From: an uncultured Clostridia bacterium | Lineage (GTDB): Bacteria; Acidobacteriota; Aminicenantia; UBA2199 | Direction of reading: 5' to 3' | DNA: 64,000 nt | NCBI GenBank assembly: GCA_964502145.1 | Contig: CAZCVI010000007.1 | Coordinates: forward strand, 118,297 to 182,296 | Shown here: in pieces, positions 18,662 through 28,104 of the stretch | Layout of the letters: the number at the start of each line of letters is the position of its first letter | How positions within the stretch are numbered: position 1 is the first letter of the stretch | Notes under the pieces: generated by a model | The model's database searches: none | What the model saw: the letters and a program-made list of their open reading frames with translations, nothing else | Told to the model about the DNA's origin: nothing | Position numbers and translations under genes: made by a program

Positions 18662-19067
18662 ATTTTTTATTACTCCTTTTTTTAATCATTATTGTAATTT
18701 TAAATGATTTAATTTTTTATAATCACAACGTTGTATTATAGCATAAAACATGGATTTGTCAATTTTTTTTGGAGTTCTCCAATTTTTCAATAATTTTAAA
18801 TGGCGATTAGGGGCACACGAAAACAAAGCATGTTCAATCATAGCCAAACCGGGCAACCTGTTCACTCCACATCGTTCATCACCACCTCCTGCGAATACGC
18901 TTCGGCTGGCATACTCTGGCTTTTGCTGCAACGCAGCGGGGAAGCAAAACCCAGGTAAGCCAGACCTGCGCTAAAATCCGGGCGGAGGTGGTTTGAATGC
19001 ATAAAAAAAGTTTCGTGAACAGGCACCCCGTGCAGAGAAATTATTTATTTTTATTCCCAAAAGGGGT

Positions 19068-19096
19068 TGATTTTCATTCTTCAAGTGTGTAATATA
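19068..19096 (+). promoter_or_regulatory. Promoter candidate: TTGATT, 17 bp spacer, TAATAT
   Basis: Read upstream of the 19187 gene. Confidence 0.3.
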
Positions 19097-19186
19097 GCAG
19101 AAGTGGACATTAATATCAAAACCTGTTGGTGGCTGAAGTAAAAGCTGAAGGTGAAAAGGTCAATGGAAACAGATTGAAAAAAAACT

Positions 19187-20299
19187 ATGGATAATAAAAA
19201 CAACTATGAACGCAAAATAAGAGGACGCAAACGCATGGATGCCTCATTCCCCGTTGGGCCTGGAAATGGCGATTTGCCGGAAAGTTATGACACCACGCTT
19301 GGTTCTATCAAAGCACGCATCCAGACTGAACGTCTTCGTATGGTTTTGTCTGCCAATGAAGCAATGATATTGCTGTATTGGGATATTGGCAATGAAATTC
19401 TTGAACGCCAACAACAGGAAGGTTGGGGGGCAAAGGTTATTGACCGACTTTCGGCTGATCTGTGCAAATCTTTTCCCGATATGAAGGGCCTTTCAATGCG
19501 AAATTTACTATTCATGCGTTCTTTTGCGGAAGCATACTCGGATCGGCAAATAGTGAAACAGCTTGTTTCACAATTGCCTTGGGGGCACAATATCCGTATT
19601 TTACAAAAAATCAAAGACCTGGAGAAACGCTTGTGGTACATCAAAATGAGCATTCAAAACGGCTGGTCCCGAAATATTCTTGAACTTCAGATTGATTCCT
19701 GTACATGTGAGCGTCAAGGACAGACCATAAATAATTTTGCAATCACATTGCCTCCTGGGGATTCAGACATGGCAGCTCAAGTATTTAAGGATCCATATCT
19801 ATTCGATTTTATAGGAACAGCCGATCCTCGTCGTGAACGCGAAATTGAGCAGGCCCTAGTAGATCACATTCAGCAGTTCCTGCTGGAACTCGGGACAGGA
19901 TTTGCATTTGTAGGACGGCAGGTTCACCTTGAATTGGGCGATAATGATTTCTATATCGATTTGCTTTTTTATCATCTTATATTACGTTGTTATGTGGTCG
20001 TTGAATTGAAGGCTGTGCCTTTTGAGCCAGGTTTTGTTGGCACATTGAACATGTATTTGTCTGCTGTAGATGATCTATTGCGCCATCCGGACGACAAACC
20101 AACCATTGGATTATTGCTTTGTAAGAACAAAAAACAGCTATTGGTAGAGTATGCACTTCGTGGCTTTCGAAAACCTATCGGTGTGGCTGAATGGGAGACG
20201 AAGCTTGTTAAATCGTTACCTTCTGAATTGAAAGGCTGTTTGCCTACGATAGAAGAGATTGAAGCGGAACTTACAAAGAAAGTGCAAAATAATGAATAA
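19187..20299 (+). CDS. YhcG-like DUF1016 PD-(D/E)xK nuclease-family protein
   Basis: The length and the C-terminal motif DFYIDLLFYHLILRCYVVVELKA are characteristic of the DUF1016/YhcG family. Confidence 0.7.
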   Translation: MDNKNNYERKIRGRKRMDASFPVGPGNGDLPESYDTTLGSIKARIQTERLRMVLSANEAMILLYWDIGNEILERQQQEGWGAKVIDRLSADLCKSFPDMKGLSMRNLLFMRSFAEAYSDRQIVKQLVSQLPWGHNIRILQKIKDLEKRLWYIKMSIQNGWSRNILELQIDSCTCERQGQTINNFAITLPPGDSDMAAQVFKDPYLFDFIGTADPRREREIEQALVDHIQQFLLELGTGFAFVGRQVHLELGDNDFYIDLLFYHLILRCYVVVELKAVPFEPGFVGTLNMYLSAVDDLLRHPDDKPTIGLLLCKNKKQLLVEYALRGFRKPIGVAEWETKLVKSLPSELKGCLPTIEEIEAELTKKVQNNE

Positions 20300-20715
20300 A
20301 ACTTACGTCGTGAGATTGCGATCGGGAAAACAATAAGAACGGTTAAACGTGACCAAAACGTGATTGGTTTATACCATTTTTTAGTAGTTTTTAGTGGTTT
20401 ATAGTAAAAATAAAAATGCTGAAGAAATTCACTGGTTAATGATTTTTACCACACAACTATCTTTTTGGGGACTGATAAAAAAATCAGACCGTTGCCTCCG
20501 GCGGCCAAGAACCCTTTCGAGAAAGGGTTCCTGGACCTCCTAAAGCTTTTGCTATTTAAGGGACTCAACCATACTTACAGAAACTGGTAGGTACACAAAG
20601 AGTTACTAAACAAATGGGACGCAGTCCCCCCTCCGACGGCCAGGGGGCTCTTTTTTAAAGACCACCCTGACCGTGGAACATCGGGCAAAACTTTTTATAT
20701 ATTTATCACAGCGTG

Positions 20716-23700
20716 CTATTTTGCAAACTTGGATTTAATCGTGACCAGAACCGTCTGTTTAGCCGTTTTACCGTTATTTTCCCTACCGACAAACACCAAA
20801 CGGTAATCACCGATGAAGCCCACTCCAGGCTGCCAATAATAGATACCATTTTTAGCGTCCAACGTGGAACCTACTGGTAACTGGCGCAATTCCGTTCCTA
20901 CCTGCAAATAACCAGTACAACCATACCCTACTTGCCCACCCAGTTCTAATACCAGACGTTCCATTTCCCGTATAGTTATTCGCACTATACCTTCTTTATC
21001 CACTGTTGGAATCATAGCTTCCTGACGAACATCATAACCGGTTCGAACTTTTATAGGTCCAGACGTGTCCGTTGACACTATTTCTTTTAAGAACACACCA
21101 CCAGTCGCTGACGTAACCTGCGATTGACCACGCGCATAACCAGAATTCATGCACGTAAAATACCGACTGCCTACGCCATCCATATTACCGGCATTATCAA
21201 TGGCCAACCACTGGATAGTATGCACACCATTGGCATACACGGTGGTATCAAAATCGAAATACGCCAACGAACCAAGACTGTTAGCAAAATTGGGAAACAA
21301 AGAGGCAATATCACCACGGAAAATATTATACTTGGGCTTACCAATCGAAACACCATCAATATAAACATCCAATGTGGAACCATCAATAGGTATTTTATTC
21401 GGCCACGGCGTCAACACCCACCCCTGATTCCTGTAATTTCTTCCCGAAGCCGTTCCGCCCTGGACCGGTGTATCAATCGCGCCAAACGGTTTTACCGCGT
21501 TTTTATTGTCGCAATAAATGGTTTTTTTACCCAGATACACCTTATGTCCGAAATAATCCTGGGCATAGGCATGGAGCGTAAATGTTCCGTTCCCACCATC
21601 CGGTAACATGTTGGTTAAAAGCATGTACCCCCAACCCGCCTGATAATTCATCGGGTAACCAGGAAAAGCAGCTTCCAAATCGGGTCGCGCACCATCTACC
21701 ATTACACCATCGCCAATAAAAACCATACCAGAACCTTCATTGGCCACAGCATCCCGCCACAGCGAAACCTTCTCTATACCAATATCATCAACTGCCCACC
21801 CGGTAACGGGTATACTGCTCATAACCGTGGCACCATCTTCGGGCGTATCCATGCTACCAATAGGTTCGGCATCACTGTTAGCCGGATAAACCCGCAACGT
21901 GACAGCTACAGTCTGTGGTGAATTGACGGCGTTGGTGGATGCGACAGTGACAGTGCCAGTATAAGTTCCTACTGCTAACCCAACAGTGTGTACCGTGACT
22001 TCCAATATTCCGGACTGAGTGCCACTGAACGCATTAATCCTAAACCAATCCGCACTAACCGTGGCAGTCCATTTCAAAATATCATTGCCACTATTGTTGA
22101 CAATAACCTTTTGAGTGGGGGTTTGTGCTGAACTGGACTTGACCGTAGCAAAAAAGAGTTCCTTTCGACTCAATGAAATCGTGGGGTTGGGATTGTCGCT
22201 CACTATCGCAAAAGACTGGTAATTGGTATATGTTGGGATACCATCGCCAGCCTCACTGATGCGTATATAACAGTTGTTGGACACAACATTGGGAACTGTC
22301 CAAGAATAGCTGCCATCATTGGGAGTGGATGCAATAATAGTGGTCCAAGAACTTTTATTATTGGTGGAATACTCCAGTTTCAGTGCCCCCACGGTCAGAT
22401 AGGATTGCCAAATGATATTATGTACCGAGCCCGTCTGCCATCGTTCACCCCCCATAGGTGAAAGCAACACCACGGAGGGTTGGGGTACTAAAATACTAAA
22501 TACGGCGTCACTGGTATCGGACAAGGGGGTGCCAGCCACGCGGCTGACTCTCACTTTACATTGGGTAGAAGGAGTATTGGGCACGGCCCAACTATAAAAA
22601 CCATTATTGGCAGTCGAAGACACGATTGTCGTCCAGGAAGTACTGTTGTTAGTGGAGTATTCGATTTTAACATTCCCAATAGCACCGCTGGAAGTCCAAA
22701 GAATATTCTGTTGCAACCCGGCAAAAAAGGCTTCACCCCCATTGGGCATGGTCACAGTGATGGCGTCACCACCACTACCACCAGAACTAATGGAAAACAC
22801 GGCATTACTGGTATCGGTGGGCACACTGTCCGAAGCATCACTAACCCGCACCAAACATTGGGATGCAGGGGTGTTGGGCACCGACCAAGAATAGGTCCCG
22901 GTATTGGGAGCGGCACTGGAGATTATATTCCAACTCGCGCCATTGTTCGTGGAATATTCTAACTTTACATTAAAAATCGCCCCAGTATAATTCCAAGTAA
23001 TCGGATAAACCGCTCCCCCGGTCAAACTTTCGCCACCATTGGGTGCAGTGAGGTTAATCGTGGGGGTCGTGGCAGAAACAATCGAAAAATTAGCATCACT
23101 GCTATCAATCGGATCACTATCCGCAGCTTCGCTGACACGCACCTTGCATTGAGTGGAGAGAGAATCCGGCACATTCCAGGTATAAGTGCCATCATTGGGC
23201 GTACTGCCAATGATCTCTGTCCAGTTGGCGCCAGCATCGACTGTATACTCGATCTTAACATTCCCCACTGTGCCGGTGGTAGACCACCTGATATTATAAT
23301 CATGGGTGGCGGACCACTCTTCAGCCCCATTGGGCGCCAGAACCGTAATGCGTGGTACACCATCGTCAGCTATGGTAAAAACCCGGGAGGGCTCCCCTAC
23401 TGGAAAACCATCCGCATCATGCACCACGAGCTTACAATTGGTGGACGGCGTAAAAGGCACAATCCATCTGTATAAGTCACGCTCATCACCATTTTGTCTG
23501 AAACTCACGATTCTGATCCAATTATTTCCGCCATCAATTGAATAATCGATGTTCACATGGGTTGTAAAGCCGATCACAGTCCAGCGAACAATATATTCCT
23601 GGCCCACAGTGAGGACTTCTGCCTTGGTAGGGGCTGTCACGCTAATGGTATACGTGCCATCCCAGCCCCAGTGAACCCCAATCATGGATAAGTTAGACAT

Positions 23701-24849
23701 GGCAACGACTACATCGTCCTTGCCATCAAAATTAACGTCGCCCAGAGCAAAACCACCAGTCGTCGGCCATGACCCGTAATATTGCTCGACATTCATGCCA
23801 TGGGTCAGGTCACTCTGCGTAAAAAGACCGATAGTCCCCAAACCACTATGAGCCACAAGAATATCTTTAAAACCATCACGATTGGCATCGCCGATTAACA
23901 ATGCCTCTGGATAAGCCAACGACTTATAGGTCACCATAGCATTCAGTGTTCCCGCATTATTTTGCAGGTAAATACCGACGAACGAGTAGCGACCATCATT
24001 ATGATTGGACACCACTACATCGGACCGCCCGTCATTATTGACATCGCCCAATACCACTTCACCAGGAGAAAGGGCAAGCGAAGCAGGCCCCATATCGTAA
24101 TAGGCTGCCCCTGCAAAGGTTCCAGGTGTAGCACCAGATTGCAGATAAACCGCGACTTCATCCGCATCCGCTTGCCGCATAGTCACGATATCATTTATAT
24201 GATCATTGTTCACATCGCCGATTTCAATATCATTGGCTATAGCATCCGTATCAATAACACTGGATAGCGTTAGATTCCCGCCGCCATCCTGCATCAGGAG
24301 TTCCAGATGCGAGGAACCGGCACCAAACGTATCGGCCACTACATCGGGCAAACTATCATTATTCACATCCCCCACCCTGATCGTGGTGGGCGTACCATGA
24401 GTCAGTGGAATTAAAACCATGGCATCCAGGGTTTTACTGGTATTCTGGAAATAAACACCGATTCCACCTTCAGCACGTATGATCACATCGTTTAATCCGT
24501 CACTATCAATATCAGCGATACCGATACTCTGGTGAATCTTAGTAGTAGTGACTATATTCGTGTCGTATTTCACCGGGTCCATTAATTCCCCGGATGTATT
24601 CTGGATAAAAACTATCAGTTTAAAATCATTTTCATGGGGGTGTATCAAGTTGCTTTCGTTTAAAACCACCACATCCTTCCGCCCATCATTATTTATATCG
24701 CCGATAGCAATCCCTGCTGGTACCGAACCCGTTACATAGCTTCTGACTGGGTGCAACCACCCCTCGTTATAATCAGCAAACACCACGGGTGTGAAAGCCA
24801 GAAGCAGAAATGCCACAATCATTATATATAATATCTTCCTTAAGCCCAC
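20716..24849 (-). CDS. Giant secreted surface protein: FG-GAP/VCBS beta-propeller repeats, an array of about 90-aa Ig-like (Kre9/KNH-like) domains, and a conserved C-terminal module of about 430 aa
   Basis: GDVNNDGRSDVVV-type repeats. Repeating ...NGGE.W..G....I.W...G...V.IEYS.......W..I....N.G.Y.W.VP..S..C.VRVS units. GTG start chosen at 24849, with AGGAGG 6 nt upstream and a classic signal peptide (GLRKILYIMIVAFLLLAFTPVVFA). Confidence 0.75.
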   Translation of the reverse strand: MGLRKILYIMIVAFLLLAFTPVVFADYNEGWLHPVRSYVTGSVPAGIAIGDINNDGRKDVVVLNESNLIHPHENDFKLIVFIQNTSGELMDPVKYDTNIVTTTKIHQSIGIADIDSDGLNDVIIRAEGGIGVYFQNTSKTLDAMVLIPLTHGTPTTIRVGDVNNDSLPDVVADTFGAGSSHLELLMQDGGGNLTLSSVIDTDAIANDIEIGDVNNDHINDIVTMRQADADEVAVYLQSGATPGTFAGAAYYDMGPASLALSPGEVVLGDVNNDGRSDVVVSNHNDGRYSFVGIYLQNNAGTLNAMVTYKSLAYPEALLIGDANRDGFKDILVAHSGLGTIGLFTQSDLTHGMNVEQYYGSWPTTGGFALGDVNFDGKDDVVVAMSNLSMIGVHWGWDGTYTISVTAPTKAEVLTVGQEYIVRWTVIGFTTHVNIDYSIDGGNNWIRIVSFRQNGDERDLYRWIVPFTPSTNCKLVVHDADGFPVGEPSRVFTIADDGVPRITVLAPNGAEEWSATHDYNIRWSTTGTVGNVKIEYTVDAGANWTEIIGSTPNDGTYTWNVPDSLSTQCKVRVSEAADSDPIDSSDANFSIVSATTPTINLTAPNGGESLTGGAVYPITWNYTGAIFNVKLEYSTNNGASWNIISSAAPNTGTYSWSVPNTPASQCLVRVSDASDSVPTDTSNAVFSISSGGSGGDAITVTMPNGGEAFFAGLQQNILWTSSGAIGNVKIEYSTNNSTSWTTIVSSTANNGFYSWAVPNTPSTQCKVRVSRVAGTPLSDTSDAVFSILVPQPSVVLLSPMGGERWQTGSVHNIIWQSYLTVGALKLEYSTNNKSSWTTIIASTPNDGSYSWTVPNVVSNNCYIRISEAGDGIPTYTNYQSFAIVSDNPNPTISLSRKELFFATVKSSSAQTPTQKVIVNNSGNDILKWTATVSADWFRINAFSGTQSGILEVTVHTVGLAVGTYTGTVTVASTNAVNSPQTVAVTLRVYPANSDAEPIGSMDTPEDGATVMSSIPVTGWAVDDIGIEKVSLWRDAVANEGSGMVFIGDGVMVDGARPDLEAAFPGYPMNYQAGWGYMLLTNMLPDGGNGTFTLHAYAQDYFGHKVYLGKKTIYCDNKNAVKPFGAIDTPVQGGTASGRNYRNQGWVLTPWPNKIPIDGSTLDVYIDGVSIGKPKYNIFRGDIASLFPNFANSLGSLAYFDFDTTVYANGVHTIQWLAIDNAGNMDGVGSRYFTCMNSGYARGQSQVTSATGGVFLKEIVSTDTSGPIKVRTGYDVRQEAMIPTVDKEGIVRITIREMERLVLELGGQVGYGCTGYLQVGTELRQLPVGSTLDAKNGIYYWQPGVGFIGDYRLVFVGRENNGKTAKQTVLVTIKSKFAK

Positions 24850-24985
24850 GTTATACCTCCTGTACCCATTGATATGATACGTATATATTATTTGTATAAA
24901 AGACATCTAATTATAAGATTATACTCTAACCTGGAAACACGGTCAAATTTAAAAATTTTGACGGTGTTTCCAAGCTAAAACACTG

Positions 24986-27900
24986 TTAATACTGAGATTT
25001 TGGTTGAATCGTAACCAGCACAGTCCGTTTGGTTGAATTACCCTGGGCATCGGTGGAGACCAATACCAAGGGGTAATCGCCGATGAATCCCACGCCTGGC
25101 TGCCAATAGAACACACCTTTTTGATTATCAAAAGAAGAACCAATAGGTAAAGGACGCCATTGTTCACCGACCTTGAGAAAGCCAGTCAAATAGCTGCCGG
25201 GTTGTAGATCAAGTGCCAATACCAACCGTTCCATTTCAGAAATAGTGACACGCAAAACACCATTTTCATCAGCTCTTAACACACTGCTGGCTGTGCCCTT
25301 TCCATAGCCTGTTTTCATCCTAACGGGAGTGTAGCAGTCCAGAGGCAATTCCTCCACGTGCAAGGCAGAAAGGTTTAAGCCTGACATGTTCCGGTTGGAC
25401 AGGGTGGAGTTTTGGCGTCGATACCCGGCATTCTGCTGGATCACAAAGTAACGACTGCCAATACCATCGGTATTACCGGCACTGTCCCGGGCCATCCAAT
25501 GAATGGTATGCACACCACTTTCAAAAGCAGTGGTATTAAAATCCACGAACGCCAATGAGGCATTACTGTTGGCATAACCAGGAAAAAATCCGGCAATATC
25601 CGCGCGATATATATTGTAAGTCAAATGGCCAATAGATTTCCCATCAATAAAAGCTTCCAATGTGGTGCCATTGGTAGGGATGTAATTGGGCATGGGTGTC
25701 AGCACCCAGCCCTGGTTGCGATAATTGTTTCTGGAAGCCATGCCACCCTGAGCGGGAGTATCAATGGCACCAAACGGTTTCACCGCGTTTATATTATCAC
25801 AGATCACCGTTTTACTGCCCAGAAGCACCTCGTGCCCGACACCGTCCACAGCATAAACATGAAAGGTATAAGAGCCATTCCCGCCATTGGGCAACATGTT
25901 GGTCAACATCATATAGCCCCACCCAGCCTTGTAATTCATGGGGTAACCGGGATAAGCGAGTTCGACATCAGGTCGTGCGCCTTCAACCAGCACAGCCTCA
26001 CCCACAAAAACCTCACCACTTCCTTCACCGGCCACAGCATCTCGCTTGATGAGAACTTTTTCAATGCCAACATCATCCAATGCCCAACCGGTGACAGGTA
26101 CGCTACTCATGAGCGTGGCACCGGATAGCGGGGTTTCAAAATTGCCAAAAGGAACAGCATCACCGAGCGCAGGATAAACGGTCAGGGTGACAAGAACGGA
26201 TGTAGTTGGAATAGTGACATCCTCGGAGGAAAAAACAACGGCTTCAATATACGTGCCGGGCGCCAGACCTGTAGGTAATGCGCTCACGGTAACTGTACCG
26301 GTCTGCGTACCATGAGCACCAACCAACCTGAGCCAATCGCCAGTGGCCACAGCGGACCAATCCAATGTCCCCCCACCGCCATTATCAACAAGAATAGTCT
26401 GCGCAGGAGTCACGGCAATGCTGGACTTAACTGCGCTAAAAAAGAGTTCGGTGCGGTTCAATGAGATCAAAGGTTCAACACTCTCGGTGACAATAGAAAA
26501 TGCCAGCGGGCCAGTCGCGGAGGGCACACCATCAGACGCTTCACTGATCTTGATAAAACAAGAAACGGAAGGTTTCGCGGGCACAAGCCAGGAATAATTA
26601 CCATCATTGGCTGTGGCGGAAACAATCGTGACCCAGGAACTCTTATTGTCAGTGGAGTACTGGATTTTGACATCCCCAATGCCACCGTAACTCGACCAAG
26701 TAATAGTCTGGGTAGTTCCCATCTGCCACGTTTCACCACCCACGGGAGATTGAATCGCAATAGAAGGAACGGGTTCACCAATAGTGAATGCCGCATCACT
26801 GGCATCGGATATGGAGGTTTCTTCAGCCCGTGTCAGTTTCACCTTGCATTGGGCAGAAGGGGTGTTGGGAACGGGCCATGCATAGGTACCGGTGTTCTTG
26901 GTGGCAGATTTAGCAAGGGTCCAAGAAGAACCATTATTAGTAGAGTATTCCACCTTTAGATTGCCAATAGCGCCATCAGAGGTCCATGTCACATTATGGG
27001 AATTGCCAGCAGTAAACACTTCACCACCATTGGGAGATGTAAGGGTGATTTTAGGGGTTGCGGTGGGATTGGTGATAATAAAAAAAGAACTACTGCTGCT
27101 ATCAATGGGATTGCCGTCCAAGCTGTCGCTAATCCGGAACTTGCATTGAGTGGCAGGGGTATTGGGTACTTTCCACGTGTAAGACCCGCTATTGTCGCTA
27201 GTGGCTATATGATTCCAAGATGACCCATTATCTGTAGAATACTCGAATTTCACATTATAGATGGTCCCGTTACTGTTCCAGGTAATAGAGGCATTCGCCC
27301 CCCCGTACAAACCTTCACCACCATTGGGATAAATGAGGTTCAACACGGGAGTAGTAGCAGAAACAATAGAAAAATTGGCATTGCTGTTATCGGTGGGATC
27401 ACTGTCCGAGGCTTCACTGATACGCACGAGGCATTGGGTAGATTCAGTGGTGGGCACAGTCCACGCATAACTGCCGTTATTGGTCACAGAAGCAGTGATG
27501 GCGGTCCAAGCAGTGCCATTATTGGAGGAGTAATCGATTTTTACATTTCCGGTCGTACCCGTAGACAACCAGGTGATATTATACGTTTTTCCCGCCACCC
27601 ACATTTCACCGCCATTAGGGGATGTCAGGATCAGGCGACTTGTCCCATCATCCACAATGGAAAACGTTCCCGAAGGAGTCCCGCCGGGATAACCGTCCTC
27701 ATCGGTAATCAGAATTTTACAATTGGTGGAAGTGGTGTAGGGCACAGTCCACGAATAAGACCCATCATCCGGGGTTGGATCGGCTACATTCAACCATGTC
27801 ACGCCACCATCCAGGGAATAATTAATGACCACATTGGTGGTGCCAACAGTGGTGGTCCACTGGATGTTATAGGTAGTGCCCATGGTCAAGGTATCTCCAG

Positions 27901-27994
27901 TGGTGGGACTTGTCACAGTACTGGCCCATCCCAAAACAGGGAAGACTACCCATACCAGTGCTAACAGATATAATACAAAAATCGCTTTCTTCAT
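24986..27994 (-). CDS. Paralogous giant surface protein (Ig-like domain array plus the same C-terminal module of about 430 aa)
   Basis: Signal peptide MKKAIFVLYLLALVWVVFPVLGWA. GGAGG RBS. The C-terminal 430 aa are colinear with the C-terminus of the 20716 gene product. Confidence 0.85.
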   Translation of the reverse strand: MKKAIFVLYLLALVWVVFPVLGWASTVTSPTTGDTLTMGTTYNIQWTTTVGTTNVVINYSLDGGVTWLNVADPTPDDGSYSWTVPYTTSTNCKILITDEDGYPGGTPSGTFSIVDDGTSRLILTSPNGGEMWVAGKTYNITWLSTGTTGNVKIDYSSNNGTAWTAITASVTNNGSYAWTVPTTESTQCLVRISEASDSDPTDNSNANFSIVSATTPVLNLIYPNGGEGLYGGANASITWNSNGTIYNVKFEYSTDNGSSWNHIATSDNSGSYTWKVPNTPATQCKFRISDSLDGNPIDSSSSSFFIITNPTATPKITLTSPNGGEVFTAGNSHNVTWTSDGAIGNLKVEYSTNNGSSWTLAKSATKNTGTYAWPVPNTPSAQCKVKLTRAEETSISDASDAAFTIGEPVPSIAIQSPVGGETWQMGTTQTITWSSYGGIGDVKIQYSTDNKSSWVTIVSATANDGNYSWLVPAKPSVSCFIKISEASDGVPSATGPLAFSIVTESVEPLISLNRTELFFSAVKSSIAVTPAQTILVDNGGGGTLDWSAVATGDWLRLVGAHGTQTGTVTVSALPTGLAPGTYIEAVVFSSEDVTIPTTSVLVTLTVYPALGDAVPFGNFETPLSGATLMSSVPVTGWALDDVGIEKVLIKRDAVAGEGSGEVFVGEAVLVEGARPDVELAYPGYPMNYKAGWGYMMLTNMLPNGGNGSYTFHVYAVDGVGHEVLLGSKTVICDNINAVKPFGAIDTPAQGGMASRNNYRNQGWVLTPMPNYIPTNGTTLEAFIDGKSIGHLTYNIYRADIAGFFPGYANSNASLAFVDFNTTAFESGVHTIHWMARDSAGNTDGIGSRYFVIQQNAGYRRQNSTLSNRNMSGLNLSALHVEELPLDCYTPVRMKTGYGKGTASSVLRADENGVLRVTISEMERLVLALDLQPGSYLTGFLKVGEQWRPLPIGSSFDNQKGVFYWQPGVGFIGDYPLVLVSTDAQGNSTKRTVLVTIQPKSQY

Positions 27995-28104
27995 TTTTTA
28001 ACCTCCATCACTACCGGATACTAAAAATCATCGGATCATTCGCACCCGTAGTTTTTTTATCCTTCGGTTTATCGTTCCATTTTTCTTTTTGCGGTTCTCA
28101 TCGG

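Noticed and set aside
18689-18931. 80-aa minus-strand ORF between the divergent nuclease-fold genes
   Set aside because: No RBS. It overlaps the probable promoter and regulatory region with nested inverted repeats.
12111-20367. Integron-like cassette array
   Set aside because: No intI integrase or attI is present in the window. The boundary repeats do not have attC-like imperfect inverted structure. The modules are described as repeat-delimited without calling them an integron.
21124-27964. Numerous 60-180-aa ORFs on the plus strand inside the two giant surface protein genes
   Set aside because: They are antisense or out-of-frame ORFs within long, well-supported minus-strand CDSs and are typical of their GC-skewed repetitive composition.
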